From: an uncultured Chloroflexia bacterium
Lineage (GTDB): Bacteria; Chloroflexota; Limnocylindria; Limnocylindrales; CSP1-4
DNA length: 64,000 nt
Direction: 5' to 3'
NCBI GenBank assembly: GCA_963766735.1
Contig: CAVYBU010000008.1
Coordinates: 192,001-256,000 of the forward strand
The notes below the pieces were generated by a model. That model was not told the origin of the DNA. It saw nothing but the letters and a program-made list of their open reading frames with translations, and searched no databases. The stretch's first letter is position 1; the number at the start of each line of letters is the position of its first letter. The position numbers were made by a program, and so were the translations under genes. Shown here piece after piece: positions 43,765 through 53,915 of the stretch.

Positions 43765-46266
43765 TCAGAGGGCCGCGACCGCAGCCTCCAGGCGCGTCGT
43801 CGCCGTCGCGTGGTCTGTGTCCGCGTCGAACCAGATCGGGTCGCCGATCACGAACTCCACGTCGCCGCGGAGCCGGCCGGGGAACCGCCGCCGATCGATG
43901 ATCGACATCTCGTTGATCCGCAGCTTGACCGGCACGACGGGCATGGCGCCCTCAACCGCGATGAGGCCCGCGCCTGCCTTGAACGGCTGGAGCGGTCCAC
44001 CCAGGGTCAGCCGCCCCTCGGGGTAGATGAGCACGTTGAACCCCTTGTCCAGCCGTGAGCCCAGCATCTCGAGGCTCTTGCGGACGCCGCCCTCGCGCTG
44101 CAGCGGGAACGCGTTCGCGAGGACCGAGGCCAGCACCCCCTGCACCGGGTGCTCGTAGATGGTGTCGGCCGCGGCCGCCACGGACAGCTTCCAGCGCACG
44201 GCAAATGGCAGGCGGCTGAGGATGATCGCGTTGTCCAGGTGCAGGCAGTGGTTCGGCGTGAACAGGACCGGTCCCTCCACGCCCGCGAGCCTGTCCAGGC
44301 CGGTCACGCGGACCCGGTAGAACAGGAGCACGAACGGGTACATCAGCAGGATCTGGAAGGCCAGCCCGACGGCTCTGACCGCGGGCGACAGCGGCCAGCC
44401 CCAGGACCGCTGTCCGCGCTTGGCGCCACGAGCCGCCTCCACGAGCGTGACCAGGTCCTTGACGGTGGCGTCCGGCTCAAGCGCGTCGTCATCCACGAAG
44501 ACGCCCAGCTCTTCCTCGATCACGCTGAGCAGCTCCACGCGGCGAAGCGAGTCCAGGTCCAGGTCGCTGGACAGGCGGGCCGTCTCGGCGACGGTGGAGG
44601 GATCGAGGCCCGCCACGCTCGCGATGATGGCCGTGACCGGATCGACGTCGGCATCGGCGCTGGCCCGTTGGGGATGGGAGGCCGCCGCCGGCAGGGGTGC
44701 CGTACCGGGCTGCTCCAGCTCCACGAGCCGGGCAAGGATGTCCGGCTTCCGGACCTTGAGCGTGTGAGTTCGGGGCAGGTCGGGATCAGGCCACACTGTC
44801 GTCCCGCGGATCCGCTGGTGGGGAGCCAGTCGGGCGTTGGCGGCGCGCACGACCTCCTCGGAAAGGGTGGGGTCATCCATCAGAAGCACGGCGTGGACCC
44901 GGAGTCCGGCGCCGAGCGGCCAACCCACGACCGTCGCGTCCCGGAGCCGGACGTCCTCGCGGAGGACCGCTTCCACGTCCTCCGGGTAGACCTTCTGGCC
45001 GTCGGGCAGGGCGAGCATGTCCTTCTTGCGACCCCTGAACGTGAGCATGCCCGCCGGGGTCATCGCCCCCAGGTCGCCGGTGTGGTACCAGCCGTCGGCG
45101 TCGATGGAGGCGGCCGTGGCCACCGGGTTCTGCCAGTAGCCGGCAAAGCGGCCCGGTCCCCTGGCCAGGATCTCGCCGTCGTCGGTGATCCGGACCTCGA
45201 CACCGGGGATCGGCTCGCCCACGGTGCCGAGGACGTTCCGCTCCGGTCGCGTGAAGCTCACGACCGGGCCCATCTCGGTCTGGCCGTAGCCCTGGAGGAC
45301 GTCGATCCCCATGTCCTGCCAGCGGGTCGCGACGTCAACCTCGAGCGCCGAGGCTCCGACCCCGATCGTGTGCAGCCGGCCGCCGAACTCCGACAGGACC
45401 GGCCGGAACAGCAGGCGCTTGATCCGCCGCGGGGAACGCTGCGCGACGCGGTGCAGGGTCTCGAAGCGCGAGCGCTGGCCTGCCTGGTCCACCTTGCGCT
45501 CGATGGCCGCATCAAGGAGGCGAAGCCCCTGGGGAACGATCAGCAGGACCGAGACCTTGAAGTCGCGGAACGTGCGGAAGAGGACGGCGGGCTGGCGGCT
45601 CACGGGGTAGACGATGCTCGCGCCCACGATGAGCGGTCCGATCAGTCCCAGGACCTGCTCGTAGAGGTGCGAGAGGGGCAGGATGGACAGCAGCCGGTCC
45701 TTCTCGTTGAACGGCAGGACCTGCGTCATCGAGGTGGCGCAGCCGACGAGGTTGCCGTGGCTGAGCATCGCGCCCTTCGGCTCGCCCGTGGTCCCACTGG
45801 TGAACACGATCTCCGCTAGCGTGTCCCGATCTACCGGGACGGCGGGCAGCGGCTCGGCGCGACGGGCGAGATCTGGGAGGGTCTCCAGCCACACGATCGG
45901 CAGCCCCAGCTGACGGGCCGACGCCTCGGTCTGGCGGGTCGCGACGACGATCGTGGCCCCCGTCTGGGCGACGATCTTGCGCCCGAACTCCACGGTGTGC
46001 CGGACGTCGAGCGGGACGGCGACGCCGCCGGCGTGGACGGTGGCCAGGAGCGCGATGCCCCACTCCGGGCGGTTGACGGCCCAGATGATCGCCCGGTCGC
46101 CGGGACGGAGACCGGCGTCGGTGAGCACCCTGGCGGCGCGGGGGACTATCGTCGCGAGATCGCGGTAGCGCCACGTCCGGGTCCGGAAGGACGGCCGGAT
46201 CATCAGGGCCGGGCGCGCGTCGAACCGTTGCGCGCTCTCCTGAACCAGCTCTTGCAGAGTCTCCAC
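43765..46266 (-). CDS. Acyl-adenylating ligase + ACP + PlsC-type acyltransferase fusion
   Basis: FTSGTTGEPKG, GYGQTE, YHTGDLG; carrier motif LDSL; NHCLHLD and YPEG. Confidence 0.9.
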   Translation of the reverse strand: METLQELVQESAQRFDARPALMIRPSFRTRTWRYRDLATIVPRAARVLTDAGLRPGDRAIIWAVNRPEWGIALLATVHAGGVAVPLDVRHTVEFGRKIVAQTGATIVVATRQTEASARQLGLPIVWLETLPDLARRAEPLPAVPVDRDTLAEIVFTSGTTGEPKGAMLSHGNLVGCATSMTQVLPFNEKDRLLSILPLSHLYEQVLGLIGPLIVGASIVYPVSRQPAVLFRTFRDFKVSVLLIVPQGLRLLDAAIERKVDQAGQRSRFETLHRVAQRSPRRIKRLLFRPVLSEFGGRLHTIGVGASALEVDVATRWQDMGIDVLQGYGQTEMGPVVSFTRPERNVLGTVGEPIPGVEVRITDDGEILARGPGRFAGYWQNPVATAASIDADGWYHTGDLGAMTPAGMLTFRGRKKDMLALPDGQKVYPEDVEAVLREDVRLRDATVVGWPLGAGLRVHAVLLMDDPTLSEEVVRAANARLAPHQRIRGTTVWPDPDLPRTHTLKVRKPDILARLVELEQPGTAPLPAAASHPQRASADADVDPVTAIIASVAGLDPSTVAETARLSSDLDLDSLRRVELLSVIEEELGVFVDDDALEPDATVKDLVTLVEAARGAKRGQRSWGWPLSPAVRAVGLAFQILLMYPFVLLFYRVRVTGLDRLAGVEGPVLFTPNHCLHLDNAIILSRLPFAVRWKLSVAAAADTIYEHPVQGVLASVLANAFPLQREGGVRKSLEMLGSRLDKGFNVLIYPEGRLTLGGPLQPFKAGAGLIAVEGAMPVVPVKLRINEMSIIDRRRFPGRLRGDVEFVIGDPIWFDADTDHATATTRLEAAVAAL

Positions 46267-46294
46267 GTCGGAATCCCTCCTCGTCGTCCGCCGT

Positions 46295-46978
46295 TCAGGT
46301 TCCTGGCCCGTTCGCAAGCTCCGAGAGCGTCCGCGCCGCATCCACGGTCAGCGGCGGGTAATGGGCGAAGACGATCACGTCGACGTCCAGCTCGGCCAGA
46401 CGTTTCAGGGACCGCTTCGCTGCCCGGTGGTCGTCGCTGTAGAGCGCGCTGGCGTGGGACACGCGTCCGAAGCGCCGCTGGAGCACGTCGCCCACGAAAA
46501 GCACCCGATCGCGGGCGCCGTACAGGCAGACGCTCCCTGGTGTGTGCCCCGGCGTGTGGACGACCTCGAGCCCACCGAGCACGGGCAGCACGTCTCCATC
46601 GCGGATCGGCGTGAAGTCGGGGAGCTCCGGGGTCATGGCTGCGAAGACGCGCCCGCGCGACGGGTGACGCAGCGCGGTCCGCCAGCCGGTCCGCATCGCC
46701 TCGCCATCGGCCGGATGGATGAGGACCTCGATGCCCATCGCCGCCAGTTCGCGCGCGCCGCCGGCGTGATCGGGATGCCCGTGGGTGCAGATGACGCGGG
46801 CGAGATCGCCGAGGGAACGATCGTGCCCAGCGAGCGCCCTCTCTATTCGGCTGCTCGAGCCGGCATACCCGGCGTCGATCAGCGTGGCTGGCTCCTCGTC
46901 CACCAGGTAGGCGCGGACGCGCACGAGCGACACCGCGTGGACGCGCGCGGGAACCGAAGCGTCGTCTCCCATCGCCAT
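46295..46978 (-). CDS. Metallo-beta-lactamase fold hydrolase
   Basis: THGHPDHAGG, TPGHTPGS, GD, FAH. Confidence 0.9.
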   Translation of the reverse strand: MAMGDDASVPARVHAVSLVRVRAYLVDEEPATLIDAGYAGSSSRIERALAGHDRSLGDLARVICTHGHPDHAGGARELAAMGIEVLIHPADGEAMRTGWRTALRHPSRGRVFAAMTPELPDFTPIRDGDVLPVLGGLEVVHTPGHTPGSVCLYGARDRVLFVGDVLQRRFGRVSHASALYSDDHRAAKRSLKRLAELDVDVIVFAHYPPLTVDAARTLSELANGPGT

Positions 46979-47046
46979 GCCCCTGTGACGCGAGTGGCCA
47001 CGATCCGTTGCGCCACGGCGTGCCCTCGCCCGTCTGGAGGGATTCC

Positions 47047-47082
47047 GCCGCATGGATCCCGGGCTGTCCAGATCCATGCGGC
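47047..47082. repeat. 12-bp perfect inverted repeat (terminator or operator)
   Basis: gccgcatggatc-N12-gatccatgcggc. Confidence 0.6.
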
Positions 47083-47123
47083 AGGGCGGCCCGGGGGTGA
47101 GCCCCGGGCCGTGACGGCTTGGC

Positions 47124-47504
47124 TCAGCGTGCGAAGTAGAGGGTCCGCGGGGCCGCGCGAGCTAGGTGTGCCGTCCGGGGCGGCGGACCGGTCGGGCGGC
47201 GCGGGCAGCCGTCATGCCGGAGCTCGAACGCCTCCACATGGGCGGGCCGCAGGCATCTTCGACGAAGCCCTCGAGCGCCGGATCGATGCCGTCCGAGCAG
47301 CCCGCGCCGCGCCGATCGATCACGATCAGCCGGGCGAAGCGTGCGAGGTCGTCCAGGAACGCGGCATACGGCGGGTACCGCCGGTTCCACTCGAGGCTCG
47401 AGTACCAGCTGGGCAGGTAGACCAGGTCGACGGGCCCGGTGCCCGTGATCTCGTGGCGATCGATGCCCCGCCCAGGGTCGCGTAGAGGATGTCGCGCGGC
47501 TCAC
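47124..47504 (-). pseudogene. Truncated N-terminus of a second hydrolase-cyclase gene
   Basis: RDILYAT...GTGPVDLVYLPSWYSSLEW...LARFARLIVIDRRGAGCSD, similar to the start of 47501..48865; frameshifted and ends after about 100 codons. Confidence 0.7.
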
Positions 47505-48865
47505 CCGCGAGTCTGGACCACCCGGTACAGGTGCCAGCGGTCCGGCACGCCCTTGAGCTCGTGCTCGTCGCGGTCCTCGTAGGCGATGCCGGAGCCCGCG
47601 GTGAGGTCCTTGACAGTGGAGGAGACCCAGACCTCGCCGGCATGCGCCAGCGCCCCCACCCGCGCCCCGATGTGGACGCCCACGCCTGCGACCCCGTGAT
47701 CGGCGCGCTCGACCTCGCCGGTGTGGAGCCCGGCCCGGATCTCGACCCCCAGGGGCCGACCGGCCTCGATGATCGCCTGGGCGCAGCGGATGGCCCTCGC
47801 GGGGCCATCGAACGTGGCCAGCAGGCCGTCTCCCGTGCTGTGGACGAACTCCCCCCGGTAGCGGGCCACGATCGCCTTGGCGGCCCGGTCGTGCTCGTCG
47901 ATGAGCCGGCGCCACTTGGCATCGCCCAGCACGGCGGCCGTGGCGGTGGAGTCGACGATGTCGGTGAACAGGACCGTGGCGAGGACGCGGTCGAAGGACT
48001 CCTGCTCCTCGCGGGTGGCGCGAACGAAGTCCCGCAGCGCGCCGACCGCCGACTCGATGTTCGAGGGCCACGGCGGGAAGTCGCCGGCCGGGACCATGAT
48101 GGTCTTGGCGCCCGGGATTCGGGCGGCGAGATCCTCGCGGGCGCGCAGCACGTCCGGGTCCTCGGGTTCCTCCGTGAAGATGGCGAGCGTTGGCACGTGG
48201 ATGCTCGGGCAGACCGCCCGGAAGTCGAGCTCCTCGAACATCTGGTTGAAGGCGATCACGTCGCCTGGAGAGCCCATGTTCCGGCAGGTCCTCGCCGCCC
48301 ACCGGACGGCGACCGGGTCGGCCGCGATTGATGGTGCGCCCATCTGGGTCATGAGGTCGCCCGCGCGTTCCTCGAGTCCCCACGCTTCCTCGAGGGTTGC
48401 CCTCCACGCCCTCGTCTCGCTGGGGTCCGCGCCGAACGGATAGTCCAGGGTGCGCGTCACCTTCGCCTGAGCATTCCAGAACGCGAGCGCGACCGCCCGG
48501 TCGGGGTAGGTCGCGGCGAACATCGCACACAGGGAACCCCCGTCGACCCCGGCTCCCCAGAGCACCGTACGTTTCGACCCCGCCGCGTCGAGAACGGCGC
48601 GGAGGTCATCCATCCGGGTCTCGAGGTCGGGCAGACCCTTCGAACGATCGGACAGGCCCACGCCCCGCTGGTCGAGCATGATCAGGCGCGCGAAGGACGC
48701 CATCTCGCGGTGGAAGCGCGCGACCGGCGGATGCTCCCAGAGCAACTCCAGGTGCGAGAACCAGGGCGAGATCCAGAGCAGGTCGACGTCGCCCTGCCCG
48801 AACACCTGGTAGGCGATGTAGGCGCCGTCGTTGCTGCGCGCATAGCGTGTCTCGGGGATGTTCAC
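47501..48865 (-). CDS. Alpha/beta-hydrolase-fold + class III adenylate/guanylate cyclase (LipJ/Rv1900c-like)
   Basis: TRYARS...IAYQVFG, DQRGVGLSD; TVLFTDIVDST, TGDG, GLHTGE, VHIGAR, LKGVP. Confidence 0.92.
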   Translation of the reverse strand: MNIPETRYARSNDGAYIAYQVFGQGDVDLLWISPWFSHLELLWEHPPVARFHREMASFARLIMLDQRGVGLSDRSKGLPDLETRMDDLRAVLDAAGSKRTVLWGAGVDGGSLCAMFAATYPDRAVALAFWNAQAKVTRTLDYPFGADPSETRAWRATLEEAWGLEERAGDLMTQMGAPSIAADPVAVRWAARTCRNMGSPGDVIAFNQMFEELDFRAVCPSIHVPTLAIFTEEPEDPDVLRAREDLAARIPGAKTIMVPAGDFPPWPSNIESAVGALRDFVRATREEQESFDRVLATVLFTDIVDSTATAAVLGDAKWRRLIDEHDRAAKAIVARYRGEFVHSTGDGLLATFDGPARAIRCAQAIIEAGRPLGVEIRAGLHTGEVERADHGVAGVGVHIGARVGALAHAGEVWVSSTVKDLTAGSGIAYEDRDEHELKGVPDRWHLYRVVQTRG

Positions 48866-48930
48866 GTGTTCACCACCCAGTACAGGTGCCAGCGGTCCGG
48901 CACACGCCGTTCCAGGCGTATCGCGTCTCG
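48862..48930 (-). pseudogene. C-terminal remnant of an upstream cyclase paralogue
   Basis: VPDRWHLYWVVNT-stop; 31/32 nt identical to the 3' end of the intact gene; GTGA overlap with its start. Confidence 0.75.
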
Positions 48931-49363
48931 GGTCGTCTGGTCATTGGCGCCTACCACTTGATCGCTGTCGCCGCGCTCCGGGATCCCGCACCTAGCGACC
49001 GCCCCCGTGCGGCGCGTCCAGCAGGTCGGCGGAATCTAGCACCGAGGACCAGTCGCAACTCGCCTGCGGAGCGCTGGCACCGGTCTGCCGCCGCCTGAGC
49101 GCTACACCTGAGCGCGAGCGACCGAACGCGGGCAGAGCTCACCAGCGGGGCACGGCGACGCGCGCGGGGCGGTTCCGCTGCTCCAGGGAGCGCTCTCGGT
49201 CCGATGGTCGGGCGGTCGACGCCGCAGGGGTGAGCTTCGGGCCGTAGCCGCAGGATCAGCGCGCGGAAGCCGGCGGCGGCGACCGCACGCGGTGCGCAGG
49301 ACTTCACCGCCGCGGGCGACCTCGAGGTCGCACGCTCGGTGCGCCGCTGCCGGGGCTGGCGAA

Positions 49364-49393
49364 TTGACGCCGCGGCGCGCATTCCGATATGCT
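49364..49393 (+). promoter_or_regulatory. sigma70-type promoter of rho
   Basis: TTGACG-N18-TATGCT. Confidence 0.65.
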
Positions 49394-49524
49394 CCAAGCA
49401 TCCCCACCGGCCGCGTGCGACGGCACCCCAATTCCGCACGAGTACGGCCCGTGGCGCGACCCATTCTCTCGCCGCCGGATTCCGCCGCCGACGGGACCCC
49501 GCCCTCCGAGGTGCGTGCAACCCC

Positions 49525-50907
49525 ATGCCGAACGGCCCCGACCAGCGCTCCAGCCGCAACCGCCGGCCGCGCCGTCGCCCCCAGTCCACCAATCGCCTGC
49601 CTGTCACCGAACAGGACGAGGTAGCAGAGCTCGAAGCCGCCCGCGAGCGAAACGACCTGGACATCCGCGACTTGCGCGAGATGTCCGTCAAGGAGCTCCG
49701 CGAGGTCGTCACGGGCCTCGAGGTGGACATCGAGTCGACAGACCGCCGCGACGAGCTGGTGGACCAGATCCTCCAGGCCCAGACCGAGCGTGCCGGGCTG
49801 GACTACGCCTTCGGCATCCTGGACATCGTGGACGAGGGCTACGGCTTCATGCGCCGCCACGGGCTGCTGCCGAGCCCGGATGACGTCTACGTCTCCTCCA
49901 GCCAGGTGCGCCGCTTCGGCCTGCGCATCGGCGACCGCGTCACCGGCGCCGTCCGCGCCCCGCACGAGGGCGAGAAGTTCTGGGGCCTGATCCGGGTCGA
50001 CAGCGTCAACGGCGTCGATACCGACACCGCCCGCCGCCGCCCGCATTTCGGGGACCTGACGCCGATCCACCCGATCGAGCTGATCAACCTCGAGTCTGAC
50101 CCGAAGAACCTGAGCCAGCGGCTGGTCAACCTGGTCAACCCGCTCGGCAAGGGCCAGCGCGCCCTGATCGTGAGCCCGCCCAAGGCCGGCAAGACGATGC
50201 TGCTCAAGAGCATCGCAAACGGCATCAGCGACAACTACCCGGACATCCTCCTCATGGTCGCCCTCATCGGCGAGCGTCCCGAGGAGGTCACGGACATGCG
50301 CCGGTCCGTCCACGGGGAGGTCATCAGCTCCACCTTCGACGAGCCGACGGAGAACCACACGCACGTTGCGGAGATGGCGCTGGAGATCGCCAAGCGCCAG
50401 GTCGAGACCGGCCGGGATGTCGTGATCCTGCTGGACTCGATCACCCGCCTGACGCGCGCGTACAACCTTGCGCTTCCGCCCAGCGGCCGGACGCTCTCGG
50501 GCGGCATCGACCCGATCGCCCTCTACCCGCCCAAGCGCTTCTTCGGCGCCGCGCGCAAGATCGAGGAGGGCGGCTCTCTCACGATCATCGCCACCTGCCT
50601 CGTTGACACCGGGTCCCGGATGGACGATGTCATCTACGAGGAGTTCAAGGGCACCGGCAACTCGGAGCTCATCCTGGACCGGAAGCTGGCGGAGAAGCGG
50701 ATCTTCCCGTCGATCGACGTGCAGCGCTCGGGCACCCGCCGCGAGGAGCTCCTTCTCGAGGAGGGCACCCTCAAGATGGTCTGGACGATGCGCCGGATGC
50801 TGTCGGCGGTCGGGACCAACGAGGGGATCGAGCTCCTGCTCAACCGGATCGCGAAGACCGAGAGCAATGCGCAATTCCTGGCGCAGCTGACCAAGAGCGC
50901 GGAGTAG
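49525..50907 (+). CDS. rho: Transcription termination factor Rho
   Basis: [60 protein letters not shown]. Confidence 0.98.
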   Translation: MPNGPDQRSSRNRRPRRRPQSTNRLPVTEQDEVAELEAARERNDLDIRDLREMSVKELREVVTGLEVDIESTDRRDELVDQILQAQTERAGLDYAFGILDIVDEGYGFMRRHGLLPSPDDVYVSSSQVRRFGLRIGDRVTGAVRAPHEGEKFWGLIRVDSVNGVDTDTARRRPHFGDLTPIHPIELINLESDPKNLSQRLVNLVNPLGKGQRALIVSPPKAGKTMLLKSIANGISDNYPDILLMVALIGERPEEVTDMRRSVHGEVISSTFDEPTENHTHVAEMALEIAKRQVETGRDVVILLDSITRLTRAYNLALPPSGRTLSGGIDPIALYPPKRFFGAARKIEEGGSLTIIATCLVDTGSRMDDVIYEEFKGTGNSELILDRKLAEKRIFPSIDVQRSGTRREELLLEEGTLKMVWTMRRMLSAVGTNEGIELLLNRIAKTESNAQFLAQLTKSAE

Positions 50908-51207
50908 GGCGACCGCCCGCGGTCTGCGCGGTGTCCGCCCGCCGTCTGCCCGCGACCCTTCTGATTTGCGCAGAGTCAGGACCTTTGGCCCCTGATTCGG
51001 CGCCCAACGGCCTCCACGGAACGAGGTCCCGAGGTTTGCGCCCCCTTCGACGGCTCTGGTAGGGTTCGCTGCAGTCGACGGTTGACCCGGAGTACTGGTG
51101 GGTCGGCCGCGGGGGTCGAACAGCCTTCCATCGCGACCTCCGAGGGATCGGGCCGGCACCCATCGGTGTTGGACCCCCGGACCCACTTCTCGTGCCAGGA
51201 GACCGTA

Positions 51208-52572
51208 TTGCAGAAGCAGCCGGACGGCACGCAGCGTCCTGAGGACGTCCTGCGTCAGGTCCGACGCCCCGCCTCTCTCGCGTCACGGATCAACCGCCAG
51301 AGCATCAGCGCAGCCAGCGCGCTCCGGGCCCGGTTCCGGGGCCGTGCTGCCCTCCCCGCAGGCTCCCTGATCGCCGCACTCGCAGCCGCCCTTCGCCCGT
51401 TCGCGACCGCTGAGCGCGCCCTTCCCGTGGCCGTCGCCGCGATCGTTGCCCTTGCCTCGCTGCTTGCCCTCCTCCCGAACACCCCGCAGGGCGCCGTCGG
51501 TGGCACCCAGGGACGCGGCTCGGACGTCCGCATCGCAGTCGGCGGTGGGCTCGGGTACGAGGAGGCCATCGACCTCGAGGGGGGTGTCGATCCTCAGCTC
51601 AACGGCGGCGGGTACATGACCGATGCCAGCTTCGAGCCCATCAGGATCCCCGACGTCATCATGGGTGCGGCCAACTCCGAGCAGGCCACCACCGAGCCCG
51701 GGCCCGTCCTCGATGACGGGACGATCCTCACGGGCTATGCCCCCGACACCACCGTCGAGGATGGTTCCGAGCTGCTCGAGACCTACAAGGTCAAGTCCGG
51801 TGACACGCTGGTAGGGATCGCCCACAAGTTCGACGTCTCGATGATGACCCTGTGGTGGGCGAACAAGCTCAAGTCCAAGGACGATCTCAGGATCGGCCAG
51901 GTGCTCAGGATCCCGCCGGTCAACGGTCTCGTGATCACGGTCAAGGAGACTGACACGCTCGAGTCGCTGGCTGCGAAGTACGACGTCAGCGAAGCGAGGA
52001 TCGTCGATCTCAACGAGCTGGCTGATCCGACGCTCGTCGTCGACCAGGTCCTCATCCTGCCGGGAGCAAAGGGCGCCCCGATCCCGACGCCCAAGCCCAC
52101 GCCCAAGCCGACAGTCAAACCCCGCAGCGCCTCCAGTGGCGGCAGCACCTCCCGCAGCAGCTCCTCCCGCGGCGGTCCGGCGAACTACAACGGCGGCTCG
52201 TTCCGGTGGCCGGTCGTCGGTGGCGGCAACTACATCAGCCAGTACTACCGCTACGGCCACTACGGCGTGGACATCGCCGCGGACTACGGATCCCGGGTCG
52301 TCGCGGCGGCCGGCGGGAAGGTGATCTTCGCGGGCTGGAAGTCCAACGGCGGCGGCTGGCAGGTCTGGATCTCGCACGGCAGCGGCCTGTACACGACGTA
52401 CAACCACATGTCGGGCGTCTCCGTGGGCAACGGCCAGTCCGTCGGCAAGGGCCAGCAGGTCGGCCGGATCGGCCAGAGCGGCCGTGCCACCGGTCCGCAC
52501 CTCCACTTCGAGGTCTGGCGCGGCAGGATCTGGGACGGCGGCCAGCGGGTCAACCCGCTGCGGTACTTCTAG
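51208..52572 (+). CDS. Membrane-anchored 2xLysM + M23 peptidase
   Basis: AGGAG RBS and TTG 51208; YKVKSGDTL; HYGVD, YNHMS, TGPHLHFE. Confidence 0.92.
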   Translation: MQKQPDGTQRPEDVLRQVRRPASLASRINRQSISAASALRARFRGRAALPAGSLIAALAAALRPFATAERALPVAVAAIVALASLLALLPNTPQGAVGGTQGRGSDVRIAVGGGLGYEEAIDLEGGVDPQLNGGGYMTDASFEPIRIPDVIMGAANSEQATTEPGPVLDDGTILTGYAPDTTVEDGSELLETYKVKSGDTLVGIAHKFDVSMMTLWWANKLKSKDDLRIGQVLRIPPVNGLVITVKETDTLESLAAKYDVSEARIVDLNELADPTLVVDQVLILPGAKGAPIPTPKPTPKPTVKPRSASSGGSTSRSSSSRGGPANYNGGSFRWPVVGGGNYISQYYRYGHYGVDIAADYGSRVVAAAGGKVIFAGWKSNGGGWQVWISHGSGLYTTYNHMSGVSVGNGQSVGKGQQVGRIGQSGRATGPHLHFEVWRGRIWDGGQRVNPLRYF

Positions 52573-52625
52573 CCGGCACTGCCCCGTTCCCGACCGCGCC
52601 GGGGACCCGTGCGACAATGCCCGCG

Positions 52626-53915
52626 ATGTTCCTAGATGACGTTCGCATCGTCGTGCGCGCCGGAGCCGGCGGCGACGGCGCCTCCACCTTCCGTCGGGAG
52701 GCCCACGTGCCGCGCGGTGGCCCCGACGGGGGCGACGGCGGTCGCGGAGGGTCCGTCTACCTGAGGGTGGACGCCGGTCAGACCACCCTCCATGACTTCC
52801 GCTTCAAGCACCATTTCTCGGCCACGCCGGGCGGCCGCGGAGAGCGGTCCAAGCGTCACGGCAAGGCCGGCCAGGATCTGCGGCTGGCGGTCCCGCCCGG
52901 CACGGCGGTCATCGACATCGCGAGCGGCGAGCTTGTCGCGGACCTCGTGGCCGTGGGCCAGGAGGCCATGATCGCGAAGGGCGGCCGCGGCGGGCTCGGC
53001 AACGTGCACTTCGCCACGGCCACGCACCAGGCACCCAAGCACGCGCAGAAGGGCATCCCCGGCGAGGGGCGCGAGTACCGCCTGGAGCTGCGGCTGATCG
53101 CGGACATCGGCCTTGTCGGCCTGCCGAATGCCGGCAAGTCCACGCTGCTCGCCGCCCTGACGGCGGCCACGCCGAAGATCGCCGCCTACCCGTTCACCAC
53201 CCTGGAGCCGAACCTGGGCGTGATGGACCTGGGCCTCGATGACGGCCGACGCCCGACCATCGCGGACGTCCCGGGCCTGATCGAAGGCGCGTCTGATGGA
53301 GCAGGCCTCGGCCACGCGTTCCTGCGCCACGTCGAGCGGACGCGGATCCTGCTGCACATCGTGGACGGCGCGGCGCGCGATCCTCGCTGGGATCATGACG
53401 TCATCCGCGACGAGCTGGAGGCCCACGACCCGGCGTTGCTGGCCAAGCCCATGCTGGTCGTGTTCAACAAGATGGACCTGGCGGAAGCCCGCGAGGCCTG
53501 GCCGGCGTTCGAGGCGGCCCTGCGGGGCCTGGACGTGCCGGTGCTTGCGATCTCGGCCGATACGGGCGAAGGGCTGGAGGAGCTGCGCACCGCCATGGGG
53601 GGGCTGCTGCCCGATGCGGACGAGCTCGCGGAGCCCCCCGAAACCGCCGGCGTGGTGATTCACCGGCTCGAGGCCTCGGACGACAGGTTCGAGATCGAGC
53701 GCGAGGACGATGCGTTCCGGGTGCGCGGCCGCCGCATCGAGCGGCTCACGACCCAGACGAACTTCGATGTCGAGGAGTCCGCCGAACGGTTCCAGCGGGA
53801 GCTGGCCAGGCACGGGGTTGACACGGCCCTGCGCAAGGCGGGCATCCGGCCCGGCGACATGGTCCGGATCGCCGAGGTGGAGCTGGAGTGGGAGTCGATC
53901 GAGTACGGCCGGTGA
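52626..53915 (+). CDS. obgE: GTPase ObgE
   Basis: MFLD, GGPDGGDGGRGG, GLPNAGKST, YPFTT, DVPG, NKMD, C-terminal domain. Confidence 0.97.
   Translation: MFLDDVRIVVRAGAGGDGASTFRREAHVPRGGPDGGDGGRGGSVYLRVDAGQTTLHDFRFKHHFSATPGGRGERSKRHGKAGQDLRLAVPPGTAVIDIASGELVADLVAVGQEAMIAKGGRGGLGNVHFATATHQAPKHAQKGIPGEGREYRLELRLIADIGLVGLPNAGKSTLLAALTAATPKIAAYPFTTLEPNLGVMDLGLDDGRRPTIADVPGLIEGASDGAGLGHAFLRHVERTRILLHIVDGAARDPRWDHDVIRDELEAHDPALLAKPMLVVFNKMDLAEAREAWPAFEAALRGLDVPVLAISADTGEGLEELRTAMGGLLPDADELAEPPETAGVVIHRLEASDDRFEIEREDDAFRVRGRRIERLTTQTNFDVEESAERFQRELARHGVDTALRKAGIRPGDMVRIAEVELEWESIEYGR

Noticed and set aside
50930-51207. c-di-AMP (ydaO) riboswitch call
   Set aside because: The expected conserved segments are not recognisable on the sense strand; kept only as an unclassified structured leader.
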